From Octopus sinensis (taxonomy: Eukaryota), in contig NC_043022.1 of assembly GCF_006345805.1 (NCBI RefSeq), positions 7,130,001-7,194,000 of the forward strand: a stretch of 64,000 bases of DNA, in the 5' to 3' direction. The notes beneath the pieces were generated by a model. That model was not told the origin of the DNA. It did not search any database and saw only the letters and a list, made by a program, of their open reading frames with translations. Below are positions 21,925 through 36,300 of the stretch, piece after piece; position 1 is the first letter of the stretch, and each line of letters starts with the position of its first letter. The position numbers were made by a program, and so were the translations under genes.

Positions 21925-24156
21925 TTAAAACTGGTTTTTTTTCCATCTATGGACCCCTTTGATTCCTATTTTACTTTACTGGGCCCTCACAGACATTTGA
22001 TGTTCTTTAAAAAACCCTATTACATTTTTAGAATTAGATATTATTGGGAATTTTTCTTTTATTTTTTTTCTTTTACTTGTTTCCGTCATTTGACTGCAGC
22101 CATGCTGGAGCATTGTCTTTACTTGAACAAATCAACCCTAGGATTTATTCTATCAGTTACTTTTGCAGAACCGCTAAGTTACGGGGATGTAAACACACCA
22201 ACATCAGTTGTCAAGCAATGGTGGAGGACAAACAGACACACACACACACACACATACATACATACATGTATATATATGATGGGCTTCTTTCAGTTTCTAT
22301 CTGCCAAATCCACTCAGAAGGCTTTGGTTAGCCCAAGGCTATAGTAGAAGACACTTGCCTAAGATGCCACACAGTGGGACTGAACCTGGAACCATGTGGT
22401 TGGGAAGCAAGCTACTTATTTCTTTATTGCCCACAAGGGGCTAAACATAGAGGGGACAAACAAGGACAGACAAACTGACTAAGTCGATTACATTAACCCC
22501 CCAGTGAGTAACTGGTACTTATTTAATCGACCCCGAAAGGATGAAAGGCAAAGTTGACCTCGGCGGAATTTGAACTCAGAACGTAGCAGCAGACGAAATA
22601 CCGGTAAGCATTTCGTCCGGCGTGCTAACAATTATGCCAGCTCTCCGCAAGCTACTTACCATACACCCACTCTTGTACAAAAATAATTCTCAAAATATTT
22701 TATGTATTGTAGAATTGTCTAAGCAATTTATTTCACACGAATTTTAACAACAAAATGGATCCCTAAAGATCATATGGACCCCAGTTGAGAACTGGCACAC
22801 TAAAGGCATCCAAGGACAGCAAGTGAGGTCAGTGCATGATTTGACCCCAGAAGACAAAATAAGTCAATCAAAATACCACAAGATATGGGACGGCAGGTGG
22901 TGGTCTAACAAATCCACCAATCTGCTGCCCTGAATAACGATGAAAAGCAAAGTTGACTTTGGTGGGATCTGAACTGAGAGGGTTGAAACAAATACCACAA
23001 GGCAGGAGGAGTGGCTGTGTGGTAAGTAGCTTGCTAACCAACCACATGGTTCCGGGTTCAGTCCCACTGCGTTGCATCTTGGGCAAGTGTCTTCTGCTAT
23101 AGCCCCGGGCCGACCAATGCCTTGTGAGTGGATTTGGTAGACAGAAACTGAAAGAAGCCTGTCGTATATATGTATATATATGTATATGTATGTATGTGTT
23201 TGTGTGTCTGTGTTTGTACCCCTAGCATTGCTTGACAATCGATGCTGGTGTGTTTACGTCCCCGTCACTTAGCGGTTCGGCAAAAGAGACCGATAGAATA
23301 AGTACTGGGCTGACAAAGAATAAGTCCTGGGGTCGAGTTGCTCGACTAAAGGCGGTGCTCCAGCATGGCCGCAGTCAAATGACTGAAACAAGTAAAAGAG
23401 TAAAAGAGTAAAGGCAGTCTCTGCAGTGCTGGACAGACTCAAATGCGAATTTACAATTTTTAGTTGAAACAAAGAAAACAGAGAAGTCAAAAAAATCATT
23501 TAATTGTTTGGCCCTCTCTCTAAAGGTGAAGTGCTGACAAAACGAAAAAATGTCAAACTGTGACAGATTGAGCAGATCTTATAAGGCGTTCCAACCTTGA
23601 CCATCAGGACAAGCTCTACACTTCATTATCCTTTCCAGAGACAGGGGTTAGGCTTACTAGATTTCAATCTATTTCATTTACGATTAAAACAATTAGTAAT
23701 GTTTAATGACTGAAACACGTAAAAGAAAAAACAAAAATATTCCAAATTTTCCAGAAATCAGGTTTTTATTGTTATTCTTAATTAGGTTGTCTCCCTTGGA
23801 CTCGTTCAATTTACTGTTTTGCCCACGTGTGTCGTGTTTTGTGGTCAAGTTGACTATGTCGAGCGAAATGCACCACTTTTAATTAAAGGGCCATATTCCA
23901 TCCACTATATAACTCCTATACTCAAAGGGTAAATCAGGTAGTGCGATGATGAAATGATGGTAAGAGATAAAGGGAATCAGTTTAAGTCAACCCTAAAATC
24001 CTATCCAAAGCATACTAACAACAATATAATAACAATAACCCTTTCTACTAAAGGCACAAGGCCGGTAATTTGTGGAGGGGGTTACATCGACCCTGGTGTT
24101 TCACTGGTACTTAATTAATCGACCCCGAAAGGATGAAAAAAAGCAAAGTCAAACTT

Positions 24157-24430
24157 TGGATACTGCAAAAGTCCGTGGAGAATAGTTTCGCAGCTTTGCA
24201 TGCATCTCGGACTGTTCCGCCCAGACAGCGCTTCCGTGCGGTAGCACTTCCAGGCCAGGGATATCTGGAAATTATCCATGATAGTACCGGGTCCGAAACT
24301 CCAATGATCAACTAGTTCATCCTCGTCAACGCCTAGAGTTTCCCCGAGAACGTCGTCATCGTTCTTATCCACCACTAGATTTCTATAAATTGCTACCAAA
24401 GAACTTCCACCAACCGTATTGCCAAACTGA
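24157..24430 (-). mobile_element. L1/Tx1-clade ORF2 C-terminal (zf-RVT-like) fragment
   Basis: ...HWSFGPGTIMDNFQISLAWKCYR...SPRCMQSCETILHGLLQYP, a decayed CxxC...HxxxxC motif. Confidence 0.6.
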
Positions 24431-26059
24431 TAGAGAGCTGCGTAACTGGTACTTTATTTATCGACCCCGAAAGGATGAAAGGCAAAGTCGACCTCGGCGG
24501 AATTTGAACTCAGAACGCAACGACAGACGAAATACCTATTTCTTTATTACCCACAAGGGGCTAAACATAGAGGGGACAAACAAATTTTGGCGCAAGGCCA
24601 GCAACTTGAAAGGGGGGATAAAGCCACTTACAATGACTCCAGCGCTCAACTGGTACTTATTTTATTGACACTGAAAAGTTGAAAGGCAAGTCCTCAGCGG
24701 AATTTGAACTCGGTAAAAAGAATAAATACCACTGGAACTGTTTAAATACAAACGACAGACTTTACGAGGACAAATTCCAAGCACTTTCGTTGTGTTTCCT
24801 GTTGTACTCTGAACAAAATAAATAAAGTAATATAAAGAAAAGTAGATAGGCAGAGGGGTACTTGACGGGTACTTTATGATAATGGCCATAGATAAGGGAA
24901 CATTGACATTGTATAGGCTGGTGTGTGGAGGTGGGGGTTAGTATATCTGTTTCTTTATTACCCACAAGGGGCTAAACATAGAGGGGACAGACAAACGGAT
25001 TAAGTCGATTACATCGACCCCAGTGCGTAACTAATACTTATTTAATCAACCCCGAAAGGATGAAAGGCAAAGTCGACCTCGGCGGAATTCGAACTCAGAA
25101 CGCAACGACAGACGAAATACCTATTTATTTATTGCTCACAAGGGGCTAAACATAGAGGGGACAAACAAGGACAGACAAACGGATTAAGTCGATTACGTCG
25201 ACCTCAGTGCGTAACTGGTACTTAATTTATCGACCCCGAAAGGATGAAAGGCAAAGTCGACCTCGGCGGAATTTGAACTCAGAACGCAACGACAGACGCA
25301 ATACCGCTAAGCATTTCGGTATTGCATATAACAGTGTGTTATGTCTCTAGAGGAAGACTGTCACCCAGAGTCAATCAAGGAACTCGTCTATTCAGGCAAC
25401 GCTCATCACTTTTACATGCATTTTGAAAATGTCGAACTTACGAAGTGGAACTTGAAATGCGGGTGAATCACGTCCATCGCGCAACCTCTTTCATCAGGCT
25501 GCCCTTTTCAACCAAAGGAACATGACCGGATGATTTTGATAGAGCACTCAGCCATTAAACCAGTGCTTAACAGCTGTTCGACAAAAACCCACGCAGGTCT
25601 ACCATTTGTTGGTGGTTTCGGCAGAAATGTTAGCACGCCCGTCAAATGCGTGGCCGTATTTCGTCCGCCGTTACGTTCTGAGTTCAAATTCCGCCGAGGT
25701 CGACTTTGCCTTTCATCCTTTCGGGGTCGATAAATAAAGTACCAGTTACGCACTGGGGTCGATGTAATCGACTTAATCCCTTTGTCTGTCCTTGTTTGTC
25801 CCCTCTGTGTTTAGCCCCTTGTGGGTAGTAAAGAAATAGGTTTCCTACAACCCTTGGCAAATGACGCCTCTGCACCACTCAAGCAACAACCTGCCAGCCC
25901 TTGCGTCTGTTTTGGGTAGTCGTTGCTGGTGAGGTCGGGGCACAAATTCTACCTCAACCTCTTTTAGTCGCCTTTTACGACACGCAGAGGAAACGTTGGG
26001 TCTATCGTCGTTGTCTTCAATCAGTTTTGATTTTCAACGGAGAGCGCCGACATCTCGGT

Positions 26060-26290
26060 GATTAGATAATGTGACCAACCATATTAGGACTGTTTCAAAT
26101 CATATGCTAGGCTCATTGAGAGTTACTTCACTCTATCTGCATGAAGGGCTATCTCCTCCAAATTGGGACATGTGAGAGCTGTATCTGCATATACGGATGA
26201 TGTTACTCTAATGGAAGTTAAGGTGATTGGCACTGTTCTAAAGGGACATGAGGTGGCTGCAGGAATAGGGGTGAAATCGGGCAGCCAGCG
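26060..26290 (+). mobile_element. L1/Tx1-like reverse transcriptase fragment
   Basis: GHVRAVSAYTDDVTLMEVKVIGTVLKGHEVAAG (YADD motif as YTDD); truncated. Confidence 0.55.
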
Positions 26291-26319
26291 TCAGGGGCGT
26301 TCGATTTACAAACTAATTA

Positions 26320-26741
26320 GGCAATCTTTCGTCTCTAGTAGACCTTTCCGTCGATTTCCGTAAAAGAATTTTTTTTTTTTTACATATGGGCTTGCGGGAA
26401 CTTTTGAAGTAATGAGAGCGAAAGAGACTAAGAGAAAACGATTGTATGACGAGGGAAGTTCTTTTGAAGTTACCGTGCATAGCAAGCATTGATGTACATG
26501 TGTGTGTGTGTTTGATGGGGTGTGGGAGACAGACAGGATGTTGTGTAAGTGAAGTGCTTCTGTTAGTGTGTGTGAAGAGACAGAGTAATGTGTGAAAGAA
26601 AGAGATAACTGAAATTTTTTACTCGGTGTATGTGTATATGTATGTATATTATTTCAAAAGTTCCCGCAAGCCCATATGTAAAAAAAAAAAAAAAATTTTA
26701 CAGAAATCGACGGAAAGGTCTACTAGAGACGAAAGATCGCC
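26320..26741. mobile_element. Mutator-like (MULE) MITE, 422 bp
   Basis: About 90-bp TIRs GGCAATCTTTCGTCTCTAGTAGACC.../...GGTCTACTAGAGACGAAAGATCGCC; 9-bp TSD aactaatta (26311-26319 and 26742-26750). Confidence 0.85.
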
Positions 26742-28638
26742 AACTAATTATGTTACCTGGCGGTGTTGTCTTGTTCGGATTTCCAGGTGAATAAAAGAAC
26801 TGAGAACAGACACAAGAACAAACATTTGAACAGTCGATGCAATTCACTTCAGTATTTATTTTCTTTAGGGCCAGAGACTTATTCTAGCGATCTCCTTTGC
26901 TGAAGTTACGGTGATGAAAACAAACCAGCACCAGTTATCAAGCAGTGTTATGTGGAAGCACTCCGTCGGTTACGACGACGAGGGTTCCGGTTGATCCCAA
27001 TCAACGGAACAGCCTGCTCGTGAAATTAACGTGTAAGTGGCTGAGCACTCCACAGACACGTGTACCCTTAACGTAGTTCTCGGGGATATTCAGCGTGACA
27101 CAGAGTGTGACAAGGCCGGCCCCTTGAAATACAGGTACAACAGAAACAGGAAGTAAGAGTGAGAGAAAGTTGTGGTGAAAGAGTATAGCAGGGATCACCA
27201 CCATCCCTGCCGGAGCCTCGTGGAGCTTTAGGTGTTTTCGCTCAATAAACACTCACAACGCCCAGTCTGGGAATCGAAACCGCGATCCTACGACCGTGAG
27301 TCCGCTGCCCTAACCACTGGGCCATTGCGCCTCCAAGCAGTGTTAACACACACACGTTTGACGGTCTTCTTTCAGTTTCCGTCTACCAAATCAACTCACC
27401 CAAGGTGCTACACAGAGGGACTGAACCTGGAACCGTGTGGCTGGGAAGCCAAACAACTTACCAAACAGCCACGCTTTATTGTTTAATTAAATAACAGAAT
27501 ACTCTTTACTCTTTTACTTGTTTCAGTCATTTGACTGCGGCCATGCTGGAGCACCGCCTTTAGTCGAGCAACTCGACCCCGGGACTTATTCTTTGTAAGC
27601 CCAGTACTTATTCTATCGGTTTCTTTTGCCGAACCGCTAAGTAACGGGGACATAAGCACACCAGCATCGGTTATCAAGCAATGCTAGGGGGACAAACACA
27701 GACACACAAACACAGACATGCATACATACACACTTATATATATATATATATATATATACATATATACGACAGGCTTCTTTCAGTTTCCGTCTACCAAATC
27801 CACTCACAAGGCATTGGTCGGCTCGGGGCTATAGTAGAAGACACTCGCTCAAGGTGCCATGCAGTGGGACTGAACCCGGAACCATGTGGTTGGTAAGCAA
27901 GCTACTTACCACACAGCCACTCCTGCGCTATATATATATATATATATACATATATACGACGGGCTTCTTTCAGTTTCCGTCTACCAAATCAACTCACAAG
28001 GCTTTGGTCAGCCCGAGGCTATAGTAGAAGACACTCGCCCAAGGTGCCACGCAGTGGGACTGAACTCGGAACCATTTGGTTGGTAAGCAAGCTATTTACC
28101 ACACAGCCACTCAGCCAGAATGCTTGGAATAATTCAGTAATTTGCATCACATTAGGATAGAATGTGATGACGCGAGAGGAAGAAGACATTGAGTTGAAAG
28201 GGAAACAAAGAACAGCCTTTAGCTGGAATGGTATTCCAAGCACTCCACATAGACGCACAGGCTCACAAGGATAATACACACACACACACACACAGAAATA
28301 TGCATACGTCGTTCCCAAGTACACGACTCACACTCATTCAGCTTTCATTGGGATGTTAAGCAAAAGTTGCGCGCATGTGTAACGATCGAGAGGGGGGAAG
28401 TGGTAATCAGAGAGAGAGAGGAGGGGGAGGGAGAGAGAGAGAGAGAGAGAATGAACGTAAAAACAAGGAGAAGAAGATTTATCTCCCTTTTGTTTCAGTC
28501 TGAATTTTATATTTAATTCTCTTTCTCTGCTGTCAGAGTCAATCTGGGTCGAGAAGCATCCGGCAGAAATACAACTGTATCCTGCGCGCATATGGCCTGG
28601 GTAGAGAGAGAAAGAGCGGCTGAGAATAAAAGCAGTGA

Positions 28639-28670
<32 letters not shown>

Positions 28671-29259
28671 ATAAACCTCATATAATTAAGGGCTAAAGAG
28701 GGTTATTCTAAAGCCCAGTGTATTGGCTTTAGAATAACCCTCTTTAGCCCTTAATTATATGATGTTTATACTTCAACCGCAACGGTTTTTTTAAATATAC
28801 TGCCCACGCTTCCTGATGGATTCCTTTTCTGTAGAGAAAGGGACTTCATCCTATATTGTTAGTATATAATAAACCTTTACATAAATAAATAACGTGAAAT
28901 ACACGAAGGGACGAACAAAAAGACAAACGGGTCATTCAAAGCCTTCATTCTTCAGTCAGAAACTGATCCCTCATCGCAGATTTCGGCTGTTTAATTCTGA
29001 TATATATATATATATATATCGTTTGTTTTCCACCTGCCTTCGTCTTTTGTTTATTTTCATAAAGCTTCCCGTTATATATATATATATATACTGATAAAAC
29101 GGTAAGATAACAAAAGAAAGAAAGAGACCTCAATATATATATATATATATATGAGATCTCCCTTTTAGTAGAAAGAATAGCTATAACTCTTTGACTGCTA
29201 TTTCTAAATTCGGTGTGTGGTGAGGCAATTCGTTGCTAAACCCTTCATTACTTAGTATT

Positions 29260-29297
<38 letters not shown>

Positions 29298-31120
29298 ATA
29301 AAACGGTAAGATAACAAAAGAAAGAAAGAGACCTCAATATATATATATATATACAGAAAGAGAGGGAGAGAGAGTGAGAGAGAGGAGAGAGAGAGAGAGA
29401 GAGAGAGAAAGTAGATATACAGTAAGAGATAGTGTCAATAGCGAGATCAATAAGGGGGGGGGGGCTGCTGACTAACAATTCTGGTATTTCTGCTGCCTAA
29501 CATGCATTTTCACATATTAAAACACACGTATACAACAAGCACATATACGCACAGAAACATTCACACACGCACGCATAGAGAAAAGCTTCCCTACCCGTTT
29601 GTTTCGATACGTAAATTAACTAATAAAGTTAGGCAAACGGTGACTTCATGCAGCTAACGTTTTATCCCGTTATACCCCGTCCTCTACCCCTACTTCTTAT
29701 CATGCTTTGGGGCCGGTACACGCCGTTGAAACGTTTGTCAACGTGTAAAATGTGTGAAACCTTTTTTTGTGTGCTTTTGCCGCATCCTGTACACCCACAC
29801 CCACATGAAAAACTCACACAAATCAAGATAAAGGCACACACACACACACACATTATGATCTGTTCAGTAGGGTATTCTTGTGTAAAGTTACTGTGTATAT
29901 ACAGAAAAGAACACACCCACCCACAATGTACCTAATACGGCAAGGTGAGGATGGGGTAGAAGTTGCGTTAAGAGCTGTGTAACTCTCGCTCAATTCTGAA
30001 AGAAACCGTCCCATGATAAAAAAAAAAAAAGGGTAAAACTATCGTAGGTCCGACCAATGCCTTGTGAGTGGATTTGGTGGACGGAAACTGAAAGAAGCCC
30101 GTCGTATATATGTATATATATATATGTGTGTGCGTGTATGTTTGTGTGTCTGTGTCTGTCCCCCTAGCATTGTTTGACAACCGATGCTGGTGTGTTTACG
30201 TCCCCGTCACTTAGCGGTTCGGCAAAAGAGACCGATAGAATAAGTACTGGGCTTACAAAAGAATAAGTCCCGGGGTCGAGTTGCTCGATTAAAGGCGGTG
30301 CTCCAGCATGGCCGCAGTCAAATGACTGAAACAAGTAAAAGAGTAAAAGAGTAGGGGCCACCCCCGCCTTTTGTATATCGAGCATTACTACGTCCTTCTC
30401 TCTACAAAATATTAAGACATGATGTGAGGAGAATCTGGCTGATATTTCTAGCAAGTTGAGCGACTATTCAGAAATTCTTTTATTAGTTTAGAGTTTGTAG
30501 CGACGACCATCAATAATGTAGCTGGGAGGAGCGAGGATGGTGGCAGTGATAAAGATGTGTTTGGAGATGGTAATGGTAAAGATGGCATTTGTAGCCCAGG
30601 GGTACCGCGACACACACACACACACACACACACACATTGTTGGCATCGACAGGCTGCTGCTGAACTATTCGGGGATTTCTTTTTTTCTTTCCGTGAAATT
30701 CTTCGTTTCTTTGTTCAGTGAACGAAAGTTAATGCTCGTTCATTATTGGTAATTCAGAAATTAATTGACATTCACAACGATGAAACGATAACTGCCATAA
30801 TGACACAACCACCAGTACCATCATCATCATCATTAGCAGCAGCAGCGATGGTAGTAGTAGTAGTAGTAGTAACAGTAGCAGCCATCCACCACCACCACAA
30901 TCCTAATTAGGACGATGAATTGGCAGAATTCTCGAATATTTCAGCAGTTTTACAGTGAGTTCAAATCCTGCAAAAGTCAAGTATATTTTTCGTTCTCCTG
31001 GGCTCAACAAAAATAAAGTACCAGTGCAGTAATGATATCGATTTAATTAAGTAAACCACCCCACCCACCTCCGTCCTTCAGATTTCTGGTTTTGTGTCTT
31101 TTCACTTAAAAAACCGAACC

Positions 31121-31533
31121 GGGATCTTTTCGGTTTGAACGGCAGTTTTTTCTAGCAGTGTCATATGAAATAATCACCCATAATTATGACCCTAGTATCG
31201 ATCTATTGCATTTCAATCTGTTTAAGGCTTAGGGTTAGGGGTGGGGGAAGGGTATCTTTTTTTCTTCACAAAAAAAACCCAATCTGTTTCTTAAACGAGG
31301 GACATATTCATACGGCACAGAATGTTTTCACCTCAATAAACGTCATTGATTGGTTGAAATAGCAGAAATTGAAGAAAAAAAACAACAAATATCTTACAAA
31401 CCATAGAATTTTCTCAATAAAGCCAAAAGAAAAAGATGTTTTATAAACACATTCTACCAGTATATGAACTTTAAAAGTGCTTAGTTACGTGGAAATTATT
31501 TTAAAAAACTGCCGTTCAAACCGAAAAGATCCC
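31121..31533. mobile_element. Non-autonomous TIR element, about 413 bp, superfamily uncertain
   Basis: TIRs gggatcttttcggtttgaacggcagttttt / aaaaactgccgttcaaaccgaaaagatccc; flanks cgaacc / cgaact; internal ttagggttagggg. Confidence 0.7.
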
Positions 31534-33275
31534 CGAACTGACTTTTTGGCCAACCTAAACTTTGGGCGGAGGATACATCGACCCCAGAAGTATGAAAGGT
31601 AAAGTTAACCTTGGTAGAATTTGAACTCAGAAAGTAAAGGCGAAGTGTCGCTAAGCCTTTTACCCGGCGTGCTAACAATTCTGCATGCTCATTATGATAA
31701 TACCAACAACAGCCATACGTTTAACATTTCAACGCAGTTTGAAAATTAAACCAGCAAAGGCCACCAACCAATTGAAACAAAATTCACTCTACTTGCTGCT
31801 GTAGCGATAAGAAAATCCTCCAAGCAACTTGCACAATGTTTGGTTTCACATACATAAATATAGCAGATGGGAAAAATCAATCAATGTAAACTTGTCATAC
31901 CCTTTTACTCTTTTACTTGTTTCAGTCATTTGACTGCAGCCATGCTGGAGCACCGCCTTTAGTCGAGCAACTCGACCCCGGGACTTATTCTTTTGTAAGC
32001 CCAGTACTTATTCTATCGGTCTCTTTTGCCGAACCGCTAAGTAACGGGGACATAAACACACCAGCATCGGTCGTCAAGCAATGCTAGGGGGACAAACAGA
32101 CACACAAACACACACACGCATATATATATATATATACATACATACGACGGGCTTCTTTCAGTTTCCGTCTACCAAATCCACTCACAAGGCTTTGGCCGGC
32201 CCGAGGCTATAGTAGAAGACACTTGCCCAAGGTGCCACGCAGTGGGACTGAACCCGGAACGATGTGGTTGGTAAAGAAGCTACTTACCACACAGCCACTC
32301 CTGTGACATGCAATTGATAGTTAAAAAAGAACTCCAAGACTTTAAATCTAAGGACGATACTGTGAGTTTTTGGTTATTTTTACACACCGCTATATAGGCA
32401 GTTACATAAAGGCACAAATAAGTTGTATTTATATGTAGGTGCAGGAATGACCGAGAGTTGCTTCCAAACCATTTGGTTTCACATTCAGTTCCACAGCACG
32501 GCACGTGTCTTTTACAATAACCTCATACTGACCAAAGCCGTGTAAATGGATTTAGCAGAAGGAAAATGAAAAGTGGATGTGCTCGTGTGTGTGTGTGTGT
32601 GTGTTCTCTTGTCCTAATATCATGTGAGGGTTGCAAATGAATATCCGCTGTCATACAATGTCATCCACTTCCAGTCTTCTGTGGAAAACATGTCCCATCA
32701 TGGGGAAGTATTACATTATTTGGAAACAGGTGGGAGCTGGTGGCTGGGAGGTCATCCAGCTGTAGAACAACCTGCTTCACTCAATTGCATCGAACCCATA
32801 CAAACCTGGAAAAGTGGATGTGATGTTTATGATAACTTTAGATAGGCCATGTCTAACTCAATAACACCACCTGGTGAAGCCTTTTAGTCATATATGAGGC
32901 ACCATAACCCATATATGAGGCACCATAACCCCACTCTAGCGAAGAGTTGGAGACATATCCGAGTGTGGGAAGTTGGTCTCTCTTTCTCTCTTTTACTCGT
33001 TTCAGCCATTTGACTGCGGCCATGCTGGAGCACCGCCTTTAGTCGAGCAACTCGACCCCGGGACTTATTCTTTTGTAAGCCCAGTACTTATTCTATCGGT
33101 CTCTTTTTGCCGAACCGCTAAGTGACGGTCTGGGAGTTTTTGAAGAAATTTGTTCATGCATACATAAACAAATTGTTTTACACAAAGTGTGTGTGTGTGT
33201 GTGTGTGTGTAAGGGTTAAAGACCTTCAATCATGAATGACCATGGAATTGCACCTAGAAAGTTCATTGCCATAGG

Positions 33276-33307
<32 letters not shown>

Positions 33308-36300
33308 CATGTACTTTATACTAATCCAGCCTTTGAACTCTTTTTGTTTTGTCTTTTTATATATTTAGTTTTGTGTAAATGATACACACACACATACAAA
33401 ACAAAAAATATATCTCACAGTACCAATAGTACTAACATGACCAATAGAGTCAAAAGAGGAAAGTAAACGGGGGTGGTAAGTAGCTTGCTAACCAACCACA
33501 TGGTTCCGGGTTCAATCCCACTGCGTGGCACCTTGGGCAAGTGTCTTCTGCTATAGCCCCGGGCCGACCAATGCCTTGTGAGTGTATTTGGTAGACGGAA
33601 ACTGAAAGAAGCCTGTCGTATATAAGTATATATATATGTATGTGTGTGTGTTTGTGTGTCTGTGTTTGTCCCCCTAGCATTGCTTGACAACTGATGCTGG
33701 TGTGTTTACGTCCCCATCACTTAGCGGTTTGGCAAAAGAGACCGATAGAATAAGTACTGGGCTTACAAAGAATAAGTCCCGGGGTAGATTTGCTCGACTA
33801 AAGGCGGTGCTCCAGCATGGCCGCAGTCAAATGACTGAAACAAGTAAAAGAGTAAAAGAGTAAGAGGGCAAGGAACTAGATTGAGAGTCACTGCTACAAC
33901 CTCTGATTGGTCAATTTCCAATGGACGGGGACACACATACAGTGGCATCTATCCAGTGGTCAGATTAAATGGCACCTTTCAATGTAAATGCCTCACTCAA
34001 CTGTCACTTGTCCGTGTAATGTTGCCCTTGTGCCAAATTAAAAGAAATTATCAGAGTGTGGGACAGTCAAGACCGTTAGAATACCAGACAAATGGCCTTG
34101 TAGGAATTTAGCTATGGTTCTTTACATACCGAGTTCAACTCCTACCAAGGTAAACTTAGCTTTTCATTCTTTCAAGTTCAATAACACTGGGATTGATGTC
34201 ATGAACTAACCTCACCTCCAAAAATATGTTAGAAATAATTAGTCTGTTTAATTAGGCCCAACATGGAATCTGGTTTCCTGCCCATTTGTGCCTTCTAAAT
34301 TCGTTTCAATTCATCATCATCATCATCATCATCGTTTAACGTCCGCTTTCCATGCTAGCATGGGTTGGACGATTTGACTGAGGACTGGCGAACCAGACTC
34401 CAATCTGATCTGGCAGAGTTTCTACAGCTGGATGCTCTTCCTAACGCCAACCACTCCGAGAGTGTAGTGGGTGCTTTTTATGTGCCACCAGCATTTAAAA
34501 ATACAGTTTTGACTCAAAAACAGTTTCAAAGGAATTTTTAAAAAATTCTTTGGTTGTGTTCAATATCGTAACATAATGTTTTCAAATAGGCTGGCTTACA
34601 CTGTGGAATTCCCTTGGGTCCTGCTAGTTTGTATAATTTTTAGAAGAGAATGTCTTTAGTGTAATTGTCAATCGTGTGTTTTCCTGAGAAAGAGAGAATG
34701 ATTTAGTGAGGGATGGGGGTGAAAAAGTGAAGGCAAAGAGGAACTCATTCTCAAGCTGAAGGCTAGATAGAATGATTGCAAAAAAAGATACAAGTGTTGA
34801 TGTTATATGGGGGTCGGGATATAAAAGAATACCTATTTCTTTATTACCCACAAGAGGCTAAACACAGAGGGGACAAACAAGGACAGACATCGGTATTAAG
34901 TCGATTACATCGACCCCAGTGCGTAACTGGTACTTAAAGGATGAAAGGCAAAGTCGACCTCGGCGGAATTTGAACTCACAACGTAACGGCAGACGAAATA
35001 CCGCTAAGCATTTCGTCCGGCGTGCTAACGTTTCTGAAGAATACCATCTAAGAGTTTGGGGCTTTTTATACAAAACAACAAAGAGGCCTCTATGTGGTTG
35101 CACATACAGCTAGAAATAGCAGGATGAACAGTCAAATTTCTTGGATATACAAAAAAGTTGAGTGGCAACACTTGGAACAGCTTTTGATCATAGGTTTAGT
35201 GTAAATCCGTTAGCTCAAGGCTAAACTGAAGTTGAACAAGAACGGCAACAATGCTTACACTTTGCAATGGGATTTATCGAAGTTTTATTTATATGTGAGT
35301 GTATGTGTAGATATGTATGCATATGCAAAGATAGCTTAATGGATGTATGTACATGTGAGTGCACACACACAGACAAATGTCATAACCTGCTTTCATTTCT
35401 GTCTGATGACTAGATGTTATTATGGAGAAAAAGACAATGTCATTTGTTACAAATATATACATTCCTATGTGAAAACCTATCTACAGCTGTGAACAGAAAT
35501 ACATTGACCATGGGAGACTTCTCTTTCTCTATTATTTCAATATGTCAACAATAAAACATAAGTGACAGACAAAAAATAATGTTGTTGCTGTTGTACTGTG
35601 AGATATATTTTTTTGTTTTGTATGTGTGTGTGTGTCATTTACACAAAACTAAATATATAAAAAAACAAAACAAAAAGAGTTCCAAGGCTGGATTAGTATA
35701 AAGTATAAGTCTCTCTCTCTCTCTCTCAAACCTTAGAATTCATGAAGCCAATTACCTAGTTTCCACATAGTAGAGGTGACTGAATGGCGTGGTGATGGTT
35801 AAGTCCCATCCATTGGGTCCCCAGCTTGCAGATTGGGGATGGCTTTTAGATACACAGGTCAGTAACAAATACTCAATGAGCAGTCCTGGACAAAATCATG
35901 GGTTGACTTTTTGGCAAGGCATAGCACCCATCAGTCACCCTGCCAGGATTATGGTCAAATCCTGCAGTTCTGCAAAGAGCAGAGATGCTACCATCATTGG
36001 AAAGGAGAATAGAAATGTAAGACATTGAAAATACTTTGTCATTGGATTTCTTCTCATTTTGCAGAACAAATTACATTTTTATTGAATCTTGGTTTGGGAA
36101 ACCCACCAGTTTGACTGGGACGGCAATTGTCAGTAAGACCTGCAACTACAGAAATTAGCAATTGAAAGATATTTGTGCAAGCAAACTCAACCAGATGATG
36201 ATGATGATGATGATGAAAGTGGCTCAGATCACAACATTTCTCTAAATGGATGCTGGTCTGTTGCAGGGTTGAAGGCCAGCAATTTTGTAGGGATGAAAAA

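Noticed and set aside
23940-24000. C-box-like ATGATGA suggesting a C/D snoRNA
   Set aside because: No D box (CTGA) or terminal stem at a suitable distance.
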